From: an uncultured delta proteobacterium
GTDB lineage: Bacteria; Desulfobacterota; Syntrophorhabdia; Syntrophorhabdales; WCHB1-27
Assembly (NCBI GenBank): GCA_963818095.1
Contig: CAWFRA010000024.1
Coordinates: 121,432 to 185,431 of the forward strand
DNA: 64,000 nt
Direction: 5' to 3'
Positions within the stretch are counted from its first letter, which is position 1; the number at the start of each line of letters is the position of its first letter. Of this stretch, positions 18,832 through 26,995 are shown in pieces. Under the pieces are notes generated by a model, which made no database searches, had not been told where the DNA came from, and saw nothing but the letters and a program-made list of their open reading frames with translations. The translations under genes were made by a program, and so were the position numbers.

Positions 18832-20937
18832 CTACGGCAGGAGCCCTTTCTTACCCAGCTCCGCGGCAACGTAGTCGAGCCCCAGCTTCCGGTAGGTTTC
18901 GGCGCGTGGCGCTCCCGTCTGCTCATCCCACCCGCACTCTTTGTAGAACATGCCCTTGCCCTTCTCGATGTCCGCGGGGTCCATGCGGATCGTCCCCTTA
19001 GCGAAGGGCGCCTTGCCCGATTTGTCCATAAAGACCCAATCGGGAACGGTGTCGTGCCTTGTGCGCATCTCTTTGGTCCCCATGTCACGGATCGTCAGCG
19101 CCCGGTGGAGCTGAAAGATGCGCTCTCCCACCTTGTCCAGCTCCTCGCGGCTCTTTTTGTCGCCGGTAGCGATACTGTAAAGGACCGATTCGATGGAGTC
19201 GTCACCCCGGTAGCCCCTCTCTTTCAGCGGCGAGGCAGCCCACGGCCCCATCCAGTTGCACACGGACAGAGAATCGTGCAACTCCTTCCTGACGAGGGAC
19301 CACTTCGCGAACCTGGCTTTGTAGACGTTCATCGGCGTGTATGCCCCTACTGCGTCGACGGCGTCGGGGGAACCCCACAGCTCCGAGCTCAGACGCTTCT
19401 GGACCTCGAGGGGCAGCCCGTTCCGCGTCAGGTTGACCTGGGAATGGCACTGGGTGTCCCGGTTATAGATCGTGTTGATAATGACCCCCGACTGCCCGGC
19501 GTCCTCGTTCGCGTGGTGCTTGGGATGGCCCATCTTCCAGTAGACAAGCTCGTGATCCTTCTTCCACTCAGCCTCCGAAAGCCCCCAGCGCTCAAGCATG
19601 TACCCGGTGCCGAGACCCATGGCCGTGCCCAGCTCTCCCTGTTTGTATGCGATCTTCGGCATTATTTCGAAGAGGAAGCCGGGGTCGCCCTTTTCGTACT
19701 TGTCCCAGGAGAAGCTCTTGTATTCGGCCTCTCCGATCTTCCCTTTTATGATCCCCTCGTAATGCATCTTGATGAAATCCCGCTGCATCTGCGAGTAGTT
19801 GCACCATATGCCGAGGTCGTCGGCCAGGTGCATCCCGACCATCGCGGCCTCTATCGCCGTCTCTCCCTGAGGCCCGTCCGGGAAGCTTTTGTAGAACCAT
19901 GGGCCCATCATCAACCCCGCGCAGGTATTCTGCCCCCTGTCCGGTATCCCGTACTTAGCCGCGACCGAAGGGACTTTCACCATCGTATGGCAGCGGATAG
20001 GGCAACCGGTGCATCCGTTCCCCCTCACCGTATACTTCCATGCCTTTTGGCCCAGGTAGAACGCCATGTTGTTGGTCCGGTAGGCGATATGGTTCAGGTT
20101 GTGCGGCTCGCACGTGCCCGTGTCTATCGCCGGCTCAGCCGCTCCCCATTTCCGGCCCTTTGACGCGAGCCACCTGGTCCCCGGGGCGTGATACTCCGCC
20201 CAGGGCTGAGGGCTGTTGGGGACTACGTGCTGGTTATTGGCGCCCAAAAGGGACAGGTGGTATTTTACGGCTTTCTCCCATTCGTCCTTGCTTCCCGCAA
20301 TCCGGACGCTACCTGTCCCGACGACGCCGATAGCCTTCAGGTTCTTCGAGCCCAGGACGCCTCCGACCCCGCCGGCGGAGTGGGAATATCCGTTCATGAC
20401 AACAGCCATGGGGACCAGGTTCTCACCCGCCTGGCCGATCGCTGCCACCGAGGCCTCGGGTCCCATTTGCTGGCTGATCTCAAGGGTCGTGCGACGGATC
20501 CCCTGGCCCCACATGTGGCGGGCGTCCTTGATTTCCACCTTCCCGTCTGCAACGAAAAGCCACACCGGATGGTCAGCCTTCCCTTCGATGATGATCGCAT
20601 CATACCCTGCAAACTTCAGGGACGCTGCGAAATGGCCACCCATATGTCCGCTCGCCACCAACGGCTTCGGCCAGCACGTCGGCCAGAGGGTCGTAATAGC
20701 CGTGCGCCCATTGCAGGGGGCGCCGGTGCCTGCCAGGGGCCCGACTGCGAAGATGATCTTGTTCGCCGGCTCGAAAGGTTTCGTCCCGGTCGGGACCTCG
20801 TCCCAGATCACTTTGTAGCCTATGCCTGTGCCTCCCAGGTAATCCTTGTATTTCTCTATCGTATCTTCTTTCGAGATCCGGCCCGTTGACAGGTCGACCC
20901 GAAGGACCTTACCCGCCCATCCTCCTTGCTTCGCCAT
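18832..20937 (-). CDS. aor: Aldehyde:ferredoxin oxidoreductase family protein, long (YdhV-like) form
   Basis: 701-aa intact ORF. The N-terminus MAKQGGWAGKVLRVDLSTGRI...GGTGIGYKV...GPLAGTGAPC is typical of AOR N-terminal domains. Its length and termini resemble my recollection of E. coli YdhV (roughly 700 aa). Confidence 0.9.
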   Translation of the reverse strand: MAKQGGWAGKVLRVDLSTGRISKEDTIEKYKDYLGGTGIGYKVIWDEVPTGTKPFEPANKIIFAVGPLAGTGAPCNGRTAITTLWPTCWPKPLVASGHMGGHFAASLKFAGYDAIIIEGKADHPVWLFVADGKVEIKDARHMWGQGIRRTTLEISQQMGPEASVAAIGQAGENLVPMAVVMNGYSHSAGGVGGVLGSKNLKAIGVVGTGSVRIAGSKDEWEKAVKYHLSLLGANNQHVVPNSPQPWAEYHAPGTRWLASKGRKWGAAEPAIDTGTCEPHNLNHIAYRTNNMAFYLGQKAWKYTVRGNGCTGCPIRCHTMVKVPSVAAKYGIPDRGQNTCAGLMMGPWFYKSFPDGPQGETAIEAAMVGMHLADDLGIWCNYSQMQRDFIKMHYEGIIKGKIGEAEYKSFSWDKYEKGDPGFLFEIMPKIAYKQGELGTAMGLGTGYMLERWGLSEAEWKKDHELVYWKMGHPKHHANEDAGQSGVIINTIYNRDTQCHSQVNLTRNGLPLEVQKRLSSELWGSPDAVDAVGAYTPMNVYKARFAKWSLVRKELHDSLSVCNWMGPWAASPLKERGYRGDDSIESVLYSIATGDKKSREELDKVGERIFQLHRALTIRDMGTKEMRTRHDTVPDWVFMDKSGKAPFAKGTIRMDPADIEKGKGMFYKECGWDEQTGAPRAETYRKLGLDYVAAELGKKGLLP

Positions 20938-20952
20938 GGTAACCTTCCTCCT

Positions 20953-21690
20953 CTACTTTTTGTGGCACTCATTGCATGCCGCTGCCTTGGCCGGAGCGAC
21001 GATGGCGCTCGGCGCCACCCGTGGTGCTATCTTATCCGTTAAGTCGCGCCACGCTACGTACATCAGGGCCTCGGCCGGGCAAGCCTCAACACATTTGGGT
21101 TTTCCGTCGCAGAGGAAGCATTTCGTCGCCTTGTTGGTGTCGGCGTCGAAAGACATCATCTCCCATGGACACGCCCTCTGGCACATCTTGCACCCGACGC
21201 ATTTATTGGGGTCAACGACCCTCGCATTCGTGGGGGGCTTCACCACTATGGCGTCATTCGGGCAGGCGTTCGCGCAGGGAACGGGATGCGGGCACTGCTT
21301 GCAGAGGTCTTGAAAGACAAGCCCGTTTCCCCAGGTCCCCTGGGCACGCTGGCCGTAAAAAACACCATTCACGCCGAAGTTAAGATTTCGGCTCACCTTG
21401 ATCCTCGAGATGGTCGGGGAGGCTTTGCCGTCGTTAAACTCCGTGCAGGCGAACTCGCACCGCCTGCAACCCACGCACCTGGTAGGGTCCGCGATCACGA
21501 TCCCTTTCGCCTGGTCCATGATGACGAGGGGAGCGTCCACGGCCTTCGCCTTCAATGTCCACAGAGCCGTCATTCCCACTACCGTTGCCCCGCTCCACTT
21601 CAAGAAACCCCTTCTGGAACAGGAATGATCCAGGCCTGCTATTTCCAGGAGTTTTTCCAGCTCCGGGTGCTTTTCGTCCTGATCGCCCAT
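20953..21690 (-). CDS. Tat-signal 4x[4Fe-4S] ferredoxin-like subunit (DmsB/YdhX-YdhY type)
   Basis: Preferred start is ATG 21690, preceded by CAGGAGGAAAAC. Twin-arginine motif SRRGFLKWSGATVVGMTALWTLKAKA. Four Cys clusters: CVGCRRCEFAC, CKQCPHPVPCANACP, CVGCKMCQRACP, CFLCDGKPKCVEACP. Confidence 0.8.
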   Translation of the reverse strand: MGDQDEKHPELEKLLEIAGLDHSCSRRGFLKWSGATVVGMTALWTLKAKAVDAPLVIMDQAKGIVIADPTRCVGCRRCEFACTEFNDGKASPTISRIKVSRNLNFGVNGVFYGQRAQGTWGNGLVFQDLCKQCPHPVPCANACPNDAIVVKPPTNARVVDPNKCVGCKMCQRACPWEMMSFDADTNKATKCFLCDGKPKCVEACPAEALMYVAWRDLTDKIAPRVAPSAIVAPAKAAACNECHKK

Positions 21691-21830
21691 GTTTTCCTCC
21701 TGCCTGCTCAAATATTTCAGAAATCGTCCATCGATTTCATATTCTTCGGGATCGGCGCTACCGGCGTTCCATCGCTGCGTGTTATCCTGTCCTAACACGC
21801 GTGGTTAACAAATTCAATGAAATAATGTAC

Positions 21831-21850
21831 TTATGTCATTTATGACATAA
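21831..21850. promoter_or_regulatory. 20-bp perfect palindrome in the divergent AOR / histidine-kinase intergenic region
   Basis: TTATGTCAT-TT-ATGACATAA (9-2-9) in an AT-rich spacer, about 140 nt from each flanking start codon. Confidence 0.3.
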
Positions 21851-21994
21851 TTGCATATGCCCCGAGATCGACCTTGTTGTTTAGTTTACTGTTAACGATT
21901 GCGGGTGAAAAGCTGCCCGCCGGTCCGCTCATAGAAAGGATGCATCCTCCTCTTTATTCGCTTCTCAAGACAGGGTAAAATATGGCTGCTTGTC

Positions 21995-24664
21995 TTGGTG
22001 ACTAAGATGAACGTACGGGACGTACCGGTCAGAGACTATATAAAGGCCGTCATCATCGTAGCGGCTGCTGCCGCCCTGCGCCTCGTTCTGGGGCGTTTGT
22101 TCGGGGTTACCGCACCTTTCGTCACCTTCTATCCGGCGGTGATATTCGTCGTCCTCTTTTGCGGCACAGGCCCCGCATTGCTTTCCATCCTGCTGAGCGC
22201 ACTTATCGCCGACTTCCTCTTCCTGCAGCCCATGTACTCATTCAAGGTAAAGGCCATCGGAGATATTGTGGCGCTGGTGCTGTTCTATCTGAGCGGACTC
22301 ATCCTGACCGTTATTGCCGGCAGACTGGGGAAGATCAGGGTGCTGGAGGCCAGGCAGGAGAGCGAGGCGGCCTTGCGCCGTTACCAGCTTCTCGCCGGCG
22401 GATCTCGTGACATCATTCTGTTCGTGCGCCGTGGGGACGGCCGCATACTGGAAGCCAATCAAGCCGCAGCCAAAGCATACGGCTACAGCAATGAAGAGCT
22501 TCTCTCACTGACCATCTACGACCTGCGAGGCCAGGAACGTTCGCTGACCGACTCCCAGATGGACAAAGCCGGCTCGTCGGGCATCCTGTTCGAGACGGAC
22601 CACCGGCGGAAGGACGGGACGACTTTTCCCGTGGAGGTAAGCTCGCGAGGCGTCTTCATCGGCACCGACCGGGTCCTGCTAAGCGTGATACGCGATATAA
22701 CCGAGCGCAAGAGGGCCGAGGAGGCGGTGAGGGAGAGCGAGGCGCGGTTCTCGAAGGCTTTCTACGGGAGCCCGAGCGCAATGACAATCACCCGGCCAGC
22801 CGACCAGACTCTTATCGATGCCAACGACAGCTTTTTGAAGCTCTTTGGATATAGCAGGGAGGAGGCCATTGGGCGCAGGATCGTAGCAGACCTGAACGCC
22901 TACGTTAACCCTGAGACCGACCGGGCGACAATTGTCCGCCTGTTCGAGGAAACCGGGAAGGTCCCGGACCTCGAAGTCCGCATGAGGACCAAAACGGGTA
23001 AAATCCTCACAGTATTGTTTTCGAGCGAGATGATCGACTTTGCGGGTGAGGGCAACGTTGCTTGCAGCACGATTATCGACATCACCGAGCAGAAACGGAT
23101 GGAAGAAGAGCTGCGCAAATCGCATGACGAGCTGGAGCTGCGCGTTCAGGAGAGGACCGAGGCCCTCCGCCGGCAGGCCGACTTGCTCGAGCTCGCCCAT
23201 AACGCCATTCTCGTCCGCGACATGGACGGCAGGATTACCTTTTGGAATAGGAGAGCAGAAGAGTTGTACGGCTGGACAAAGGCCGAGGCCCTGGGCAAGG
23301 TCACGCATAGCCTTCTTAAGACCGAGTTTCCGGTTCCCTTGGCAGAACAAATGGCGGTACTGACCGGGAGAGGGCACTGGGAGGGAGAGTTGCAGCACAC
23401 GGCGAAAGACGGCCGCCGGATGGTAGTGGCAAGCCGGCAGGCTTTGCAGCGTGACGCGACCGGAAGCCCCACGGCTATCCTGGAGATCAATCTCGATATC
23501 ACGGATCATAGGCGACTGGAAAAACAGTTCCATCAGTCCCAAAAAATGGAGGCCCTCGGCACGCTCTCAGGAGGCATTGCCCACGATTTCAACAACATTC
23601 TTGCCGCCATTATCGGCTTTACCGAATTACTGCAAGACCACCTCCCGGAAAACAGCAAGGAGAGGCGCAACACCAAAAGAGTTTTGGAGGCGGGCCTCCG
23701 GGGACGTGACCTTGTCAGGCAGATGCTCACCTTCAGCCGGCAGACCGAACAGGAGAAGAAACCTCTCCGGTTGAGCAGTATCGTCAAGGAGACGGTAAGG
23801 CTGCTCAGGGCGTCGATACCCTCCACTATCAGCATCAAAATGTCCGTGAAAAGCGAATCGGGCGTTATCCTGGGCGATCCTGTTCAAATCCAGCAGGTGC
23901 TTATGAATCTGGCGACAAACGCCGCCTATGCAATGAGGGAGAAGGGCGGGACGCTCGACATAGAGCTTTCCGACTTCAGCATCCCCCGCTCTAACGGAAA
24001 CCACGGCATGGAGCCGGGGTTCTATATGAAACTCGTTGTCCGCGACACGGGGTCAGGCATACCGCCGGAGGTGATCGATAAGATATTCGACCCCTTCTTT
24101 ACTACGAAGAAGCAGGGGGAGGGGACGGGGCTCGGCTTATCCGTTGTCATGGGGATCGTGAAACAATCCCGTGGGTATATCACGGCGGAAAGCGAACCGG
24201 GCAAAGGATCGACCTTCACGGCCTATTTCCCGAAAGTCGAAGAAGAACCGGTGGCAGAGTATGTGGGCGGAGAGACCATCCCTACGGGGCAGGAGAGGGT
24301 TCTCTTCGTCGATGACGAGGAAGCGTTGATCGAGATGGGAGAAGACCTGCTCGCCGAGCTTGGTTACGAGGTAGTATGCCGGGACAGCAGCCGGGAAGCC
24401 CTGGCGCTTTTCAGGCTCGATCCGTCCCGGTTCGACGTTATCATTACAGATCAGACCATGCCCGATATGACCGGTCTGGAACTTGCGCGGGCAATAATGA
24501 ACATCAGGCCGGACATGCCTGTCATAATGGCTACCGGTTTCAGCCACCTAGTAGATGCTGATTCAGTAAAGGCTGCCGGGATAAAAGGGTTTGTGATGAA
24601 GCCCCTTACAAAGAGGGAGTTGGCAATGACCGTCAGGCGCGTGCTCGACGGCGAGGGCGAATGA
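21995..24664 (+). CDS. Hybrid sensor histidine kinase (membrane DUF4118-like N-terminus, multiple PAS, HisKA, HATPase, receiver)
   Basis: 889-aa ORF with several PAS-like repeats (...RDITERKRAEEA..., ...DITEQKRMEEEL..., ...DITDHRRLEKQ...). H-box HDFNNILAAIIGFTELL, G-boxes DTGSGI / GTGLGL, C-terminal receiver with ITDQTMPDMTG. The start is uncertain (TTG 21995 or ATG 22007). Confidence 0.85.
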   Translation: MVTKMNVRDVPVRDYIKAVIIVAAAAALRLVLGRLFGVTAPFVTFYPAVIFVVLFCGTGPALLSILLSALIADFLFLQPMYSFKVKAIGDIVALVLFYLSGLILTVIAGRLGKIRVLEARQESEAALRRYQLLAGGSRDIILFVRRGDGRILEANQAAAKAYGYSNEELLSLTIYDLRGQERSLTDSQMDKAGSSGILFETDHRRKDGTTFPVEVSSRGVFIGTDRVLLSVIRDITERKRAEEAVRESEARFSKAFYGSPSAMTITRPADQTLIDANDSFLKLFGYSREEAIGRRIVADLNAYVNPETDRATIVRLFEETGKVPDLEVRMRTKTGKILTVLFSSEMIDFAGEGNVACSTIIDITEQKRMEEELRKSHDELELRVQERTEALRRQADLLELAHNAILVRDMDGRITFWNRRAEELYGWTKAEALGKVTHSLLKTEFPVPLAEQMAVLTGRGHWEGELQHTAKDGRRMVVASRQALQRDATGSPTAILEINLDITDHRRLEKQFHQSQKMEALGTLSGGIAHDFNNILAAIIGFTELLQDHLPENSKERRNTKRVLEAGLRGRDLVRQMLTFSRQTEQEKKPLRLSSIVKETVRLLRASIPSTISIKMSVKSESGVILGDPVQIQQVLMNLATNAAYAMREKGGTLDIELSDFSIPRSNGNHGMEPGFYMKLVVRDTGSGIPPEVIDKIFDPFFTTKKQGEGTGLGLSVVMGIVKQSRGYITAESEPGKGSTFTAYFPKVEEEPVAEYVGGETIPTGQERVLFVDDEEALIEMGEDLLAELGYEVVCRDSSREALALFRLDPSRFDVIITDQTMPDMTGLELARAIMNIRPDMPVIMATGFSHLVDADSVKAAGIKGFVMKPLTKRELAMTVRRVLDGEGE

Positions 24665-24865
24665 TACCTCTTTGCCTCTGTCCGCTTTTCAGGACGCTAT
24701 CCTTATAAAAGGACAAAAAGACTTGCCGGCGCGGCCTTCGGATCAGGCGCCGTCCGATCGCGGTTTCTCTGAATTCCTTCGAATTCGCGGAATTTCTTCT
24801 CTTCTTACCTTTCGGCACTGCAATTGCAATAAGGAGAGTACGTTACACAACATGATGGAGGCAAC

Positions 24866-25015
24866 ATGAAAGGACGAAGAGAAACTGAAGACCTGGCCGA
24901 GACGAGCACGAAGGCAGGCCGCGTCGAAGCCGAGATGCTTAAGGTCCTTCTGCGGACGATTGCGCAAACCGGCCGCTCCGATCGTGGCCTGAATCACCGT
25001 CTTCTTGTGAAATAA
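24866..25015 (+). CDS. Small ORF (49 aa), hypothetical
   Basis: My own translation: MKGRRETEDLAETSTKAGRVEAEMLKVLLRTIAQTGRSDRGLNHRLLVK. A GGAGG lies 5 nt upstream of the ATG. It is below the cutoff of the ORF track. Confidence 0.3.
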   Translation: MKGRRETEDLAETSTKAGRVEAEMLKVLLRTIAQTGRSDRGLNHRLLVK

Positions 25016-25041
25016 AGTCAACGGACCGGATGGAGGATGAT

Positions 25042-25188
25042 ATGGAGTACAAGCGTGAAGAGACAGCCGCCACCTCCCCGACGGCCCATAAAAGACTAAT
25101 GACCAAAGGCTTAAAGGACGGGGTATCACTCTGGGTTGGGTCGTTGTTTTCGCTGGCGTATCCATGGTTCCGGCTGTTTTATGGATGA
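25042..25188 (+). CDS. Small ORF (48 aa), hypothetical, hydrophobic/aromatic C-terminus
   Basis: My own translation: MEYKREETAATSPTAHKRLMTKGLKDGVSLWVGSLFSLAYPWFRLFYG. GGAGGATGAT precedes the ATG, and a plus-strand terminator follows at 25209..25243. Confidence 0.3.
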   Translation: MEYKREETAATSPTAHKRLMTKGLKDGVSLWVGSLFSLAYPWFRLFYG

Positions 25189-25208
25189 TAAGTTCCGTGA
25201 GGCGAACG

Positions 25209-25243
25209 CGCCCCTTCCATCACTGGTGGAAGGGGCGTTTCTT
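25209..25243 (+). terminator. Intrinsic terminator (plus-strand orientation), overlapping the 3' end of the convergent radical SAM gene
   Basis: 11-bp perfect stem CGCCCCTTCCA / TGGAAGGGGCG with a 7-nt loop, followed by TTTCTT. The minus-strand stop codon of the 25220..26116 gene sits in the loop. Confidence 0.5.
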
Positions 25244-26116
25244 GTTGAAGTCCGGCCGATACGATTCGGCGCTCTCCATCTCCTGAATAAAAACGTTCCC
25301 GAAGCCCTTCTCCGCAAGCAGGTCCACGAGAGGCGCGTACTCGTCCGGCCTGATGCGCCTGTTGATGATGGCGCGGGAATCTGCGCGGTGCGCCGGGTAA
25401 TACTGGGACATGAGGCTGACGGCAGTCTGCGGCCCGAGGTTCTGCGCTATCCAGCCGATAATGCGCCTCGTCCCAGCCAGGCCGCCCGGCAACACCAGGT
25501 GGCGGATTAAAAGCCCCCGCGTCGCCACTCCGCCCGACAGCGTAAGGTCGCCGACCTGTTCTTTCATCTCTTTGATTGCGGCCATCGCACAGGCGGGGTA
25601 GCCGGGCGCGGCTGAAAGCTCTTCCGCTATATGCGCGCTCCAGTATTTGAGGTCGGGCATGTAGATATCGATGAGGCCCGCAAGGGCGCGGACCGTCTCT
25701 ACGGTCTCGTAGGCGTTCGTGTTGTAAAGGAACGGTATGCCGATGCCCTTCTGCTTTGCGCGCGCTATCGCATCGCATATCTGCGGCGCGTACGGCGTGG
25801 GGCTGACGAGGTTGATGTTGTGCGCCCCCTTCGCCTCCAGCTCCAGAAAAATATCGGCAAGCTCCGCCGGCCGGACGACCCGGCCCGACTCTGCCTGGCT
25901 TATCTGGTAGTTCTGGCAGAAGAGGCAGCGCAGGTTGCACGGCGAGAAGAAGACCGTGCCGGAGCCGCGCTTGCCTGAGACGGGCGGCTCCTCGCCGAAG
26001 TGGAGGCCGTAGTGGGCGACTACGCAGTCTGCGCCGCAGCGGCAAAAGCCGCGCTGCCCGGCAGTGCGGTCCACCCCGCACTTCCTGGGACAAATCTCGC
26101 AGTGGTTAAGGTCCAT
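25220..26116 (-). CDS. Radical SAM protein, PflX-like (pyruvate formate-lyase activase-related)
   Basis: 298-aa intact ORF. CNLRCLFCQN (CX3CX2C) follows an N-terminal Cys-rich CEICPRKCGVDR...GFCRCG segment, as in COG1313-type proteins. Confidence 0.8.
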   Translation of the reverse strand: MDLNHCEICPRKCGVDRTAGQRGFCRCGADCVVAHYGLHFGEEPPVSGKRGSGTVFFSPCNLRCLFCQNYQISQAESGRVVRPAELADIFLELEAKGAHNINLVSPTPYAPQICDAIARAKQKGIGIPFLYNTNAYETVETVRALAGLIDIYMPDLKYWSAHIAEELSAAPGYPACAMAAIKEMKEQVGDLTLSGGVATRGLLIRHLVLPGGLAGTRRIIGWIAQNLGPQTAVSLMSQYYPAHRADSRAIINRRIRPDEYAPLVDLLAEKGFGNVFIQEMESAESYRPDFNKKRPFHQ

Positions 26117-26164
26117 CCGATATTATAACGCATTTGGGGCCCGCGCAAAGGGCCGATATTTTTT

Positions 26165-26193
26165 TTGAAAAACGCGGCGCAATAGACTATAAT
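26165..26193 (+). promoter_or_regulatory. sigma70-like promoter candidate for the PAS-LuxR gene
   Basis: TTGAAA (26165..26170), 17-nt spacer, TATAAT (26188..26193), 57 nt upstream of ATG 26251. Confidence 0.45.
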
Positions 26194-26250
26194 TTCGCCT
26201 GACCTCTCACCGTCCGTTCGAACATCATAACGAAAAAAAGAGGGAACGTA

Positions 26251-26841
26251 ATGGGGAGTCGTAAAGACAAGCGGGATGCATTGAGCTTTCAGTGGGACGC
26301 GGCGCTCGACGCTACGTCCGTTTTCATCTCCATCCACGACACGGATTACAGGATTGTAAAGGTAAATGCCGCCCTTGCCGCCTTGCTGCAAAAAGACCCG
26401 GCGCAGATTGTCGGCCGCAGGTGCTTCGAGGTGGTCCACGGGGCCGCGACACCGCCTGCGCATTGCCCGCATACGAGGGCGCTGCAGACCGGTAACCACC
26501 AGAAAGAGGAGTTTTTCGAGCCCAACCTCGGCATCAGGATCCTTGTATCCGTCTCGCCTTTATTCGGGCCGGACGGCAGGGTAAACGGCTCCATCCATGT
26601 AGCCAAGTATCTGGGCGGCGTTGCGGCCGCGCCCGGCCCGGCGGTCGCGCCGGTCCTTACCGAACGGCAGAAGCAGATACTAAAGCTATTCTGCGGCGGC
26701 CGGGTGACGAAAGAAATAGCCTTCCAATTAAACATATCTCCAAGGACGGTCGAGTACCACAAGTACCAGATGATGAAGAAGTTTTCCGCCCGCTCTTTCT
26801 CCGAGCTTGTCGCCCAGGTCCTCACCGGCGACGTCATTTAA
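26251..26841 (+). CDS. PAS-domain LuxR-family transcriptional regulator
   Basis: 196 aa. N-terminal PAS-like region, then a C-terminal LuxR/GerE HTH (LTERQKQILKLFCGGRVTKEIAFQLNISPRTVEYHKYQMMKKF). Confidence 0.8.
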   Translation: MGSRKDKRDALSFQWDAALDATSVFISIHDTDYRIVKVNAALAALLQKDPAQIVGRRCFEVVHGAATPPAHCPHTRALQTGNHQKEEFFEPNLGIRILVSVSPLFGPDGRVNGSIHVAKYLGGVAAAPGPAVAPVLTERQKQILKLFCGGRVTKEIAFQLNISPRTVEYHKYQMMKKFSARSFSELVAQVLTGDVI

Positions 26842-26905
26842 GGCGGTTAGTTAAGCAATAACTATTTCATACCCGGTAATCCCCCGCACTAGTAATTTCC
26901 CTAGG

Positions 26906-26932
26906 TTAATCACATATCCTCCACACCGATAA
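26906..26932 (+). promoter_or_regulatory. sigma28-like promoter candidate upstream of the chemoreceptor gene
   Basis: TTAA, 15-nt spacer, ACCGATAA (26925..26932) compared with the consensus TAAA-N15-GCCGATAA. The -35 is imperfect. Chemoreceptor genes are commonly FliA-dependent. Confidence 0.35.
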
Positions 26933-26995
26933 ACAAATAAGGGGCAAGCGGCGGGACGGGGCGCCTTCCAGCGACAACTACGACAAGGAGTCTTA

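Noticed and set aside
25179-26093. 304-aa minus-strand ORF overlapping the PflX-like radical SAM gene in another frame, considered as a frameshift partner.
   Set aside because: The 25220..26116 frame is intact from start to stop with all motifs. The overlapping frame is Arg/Pro-rich shadow sequence.
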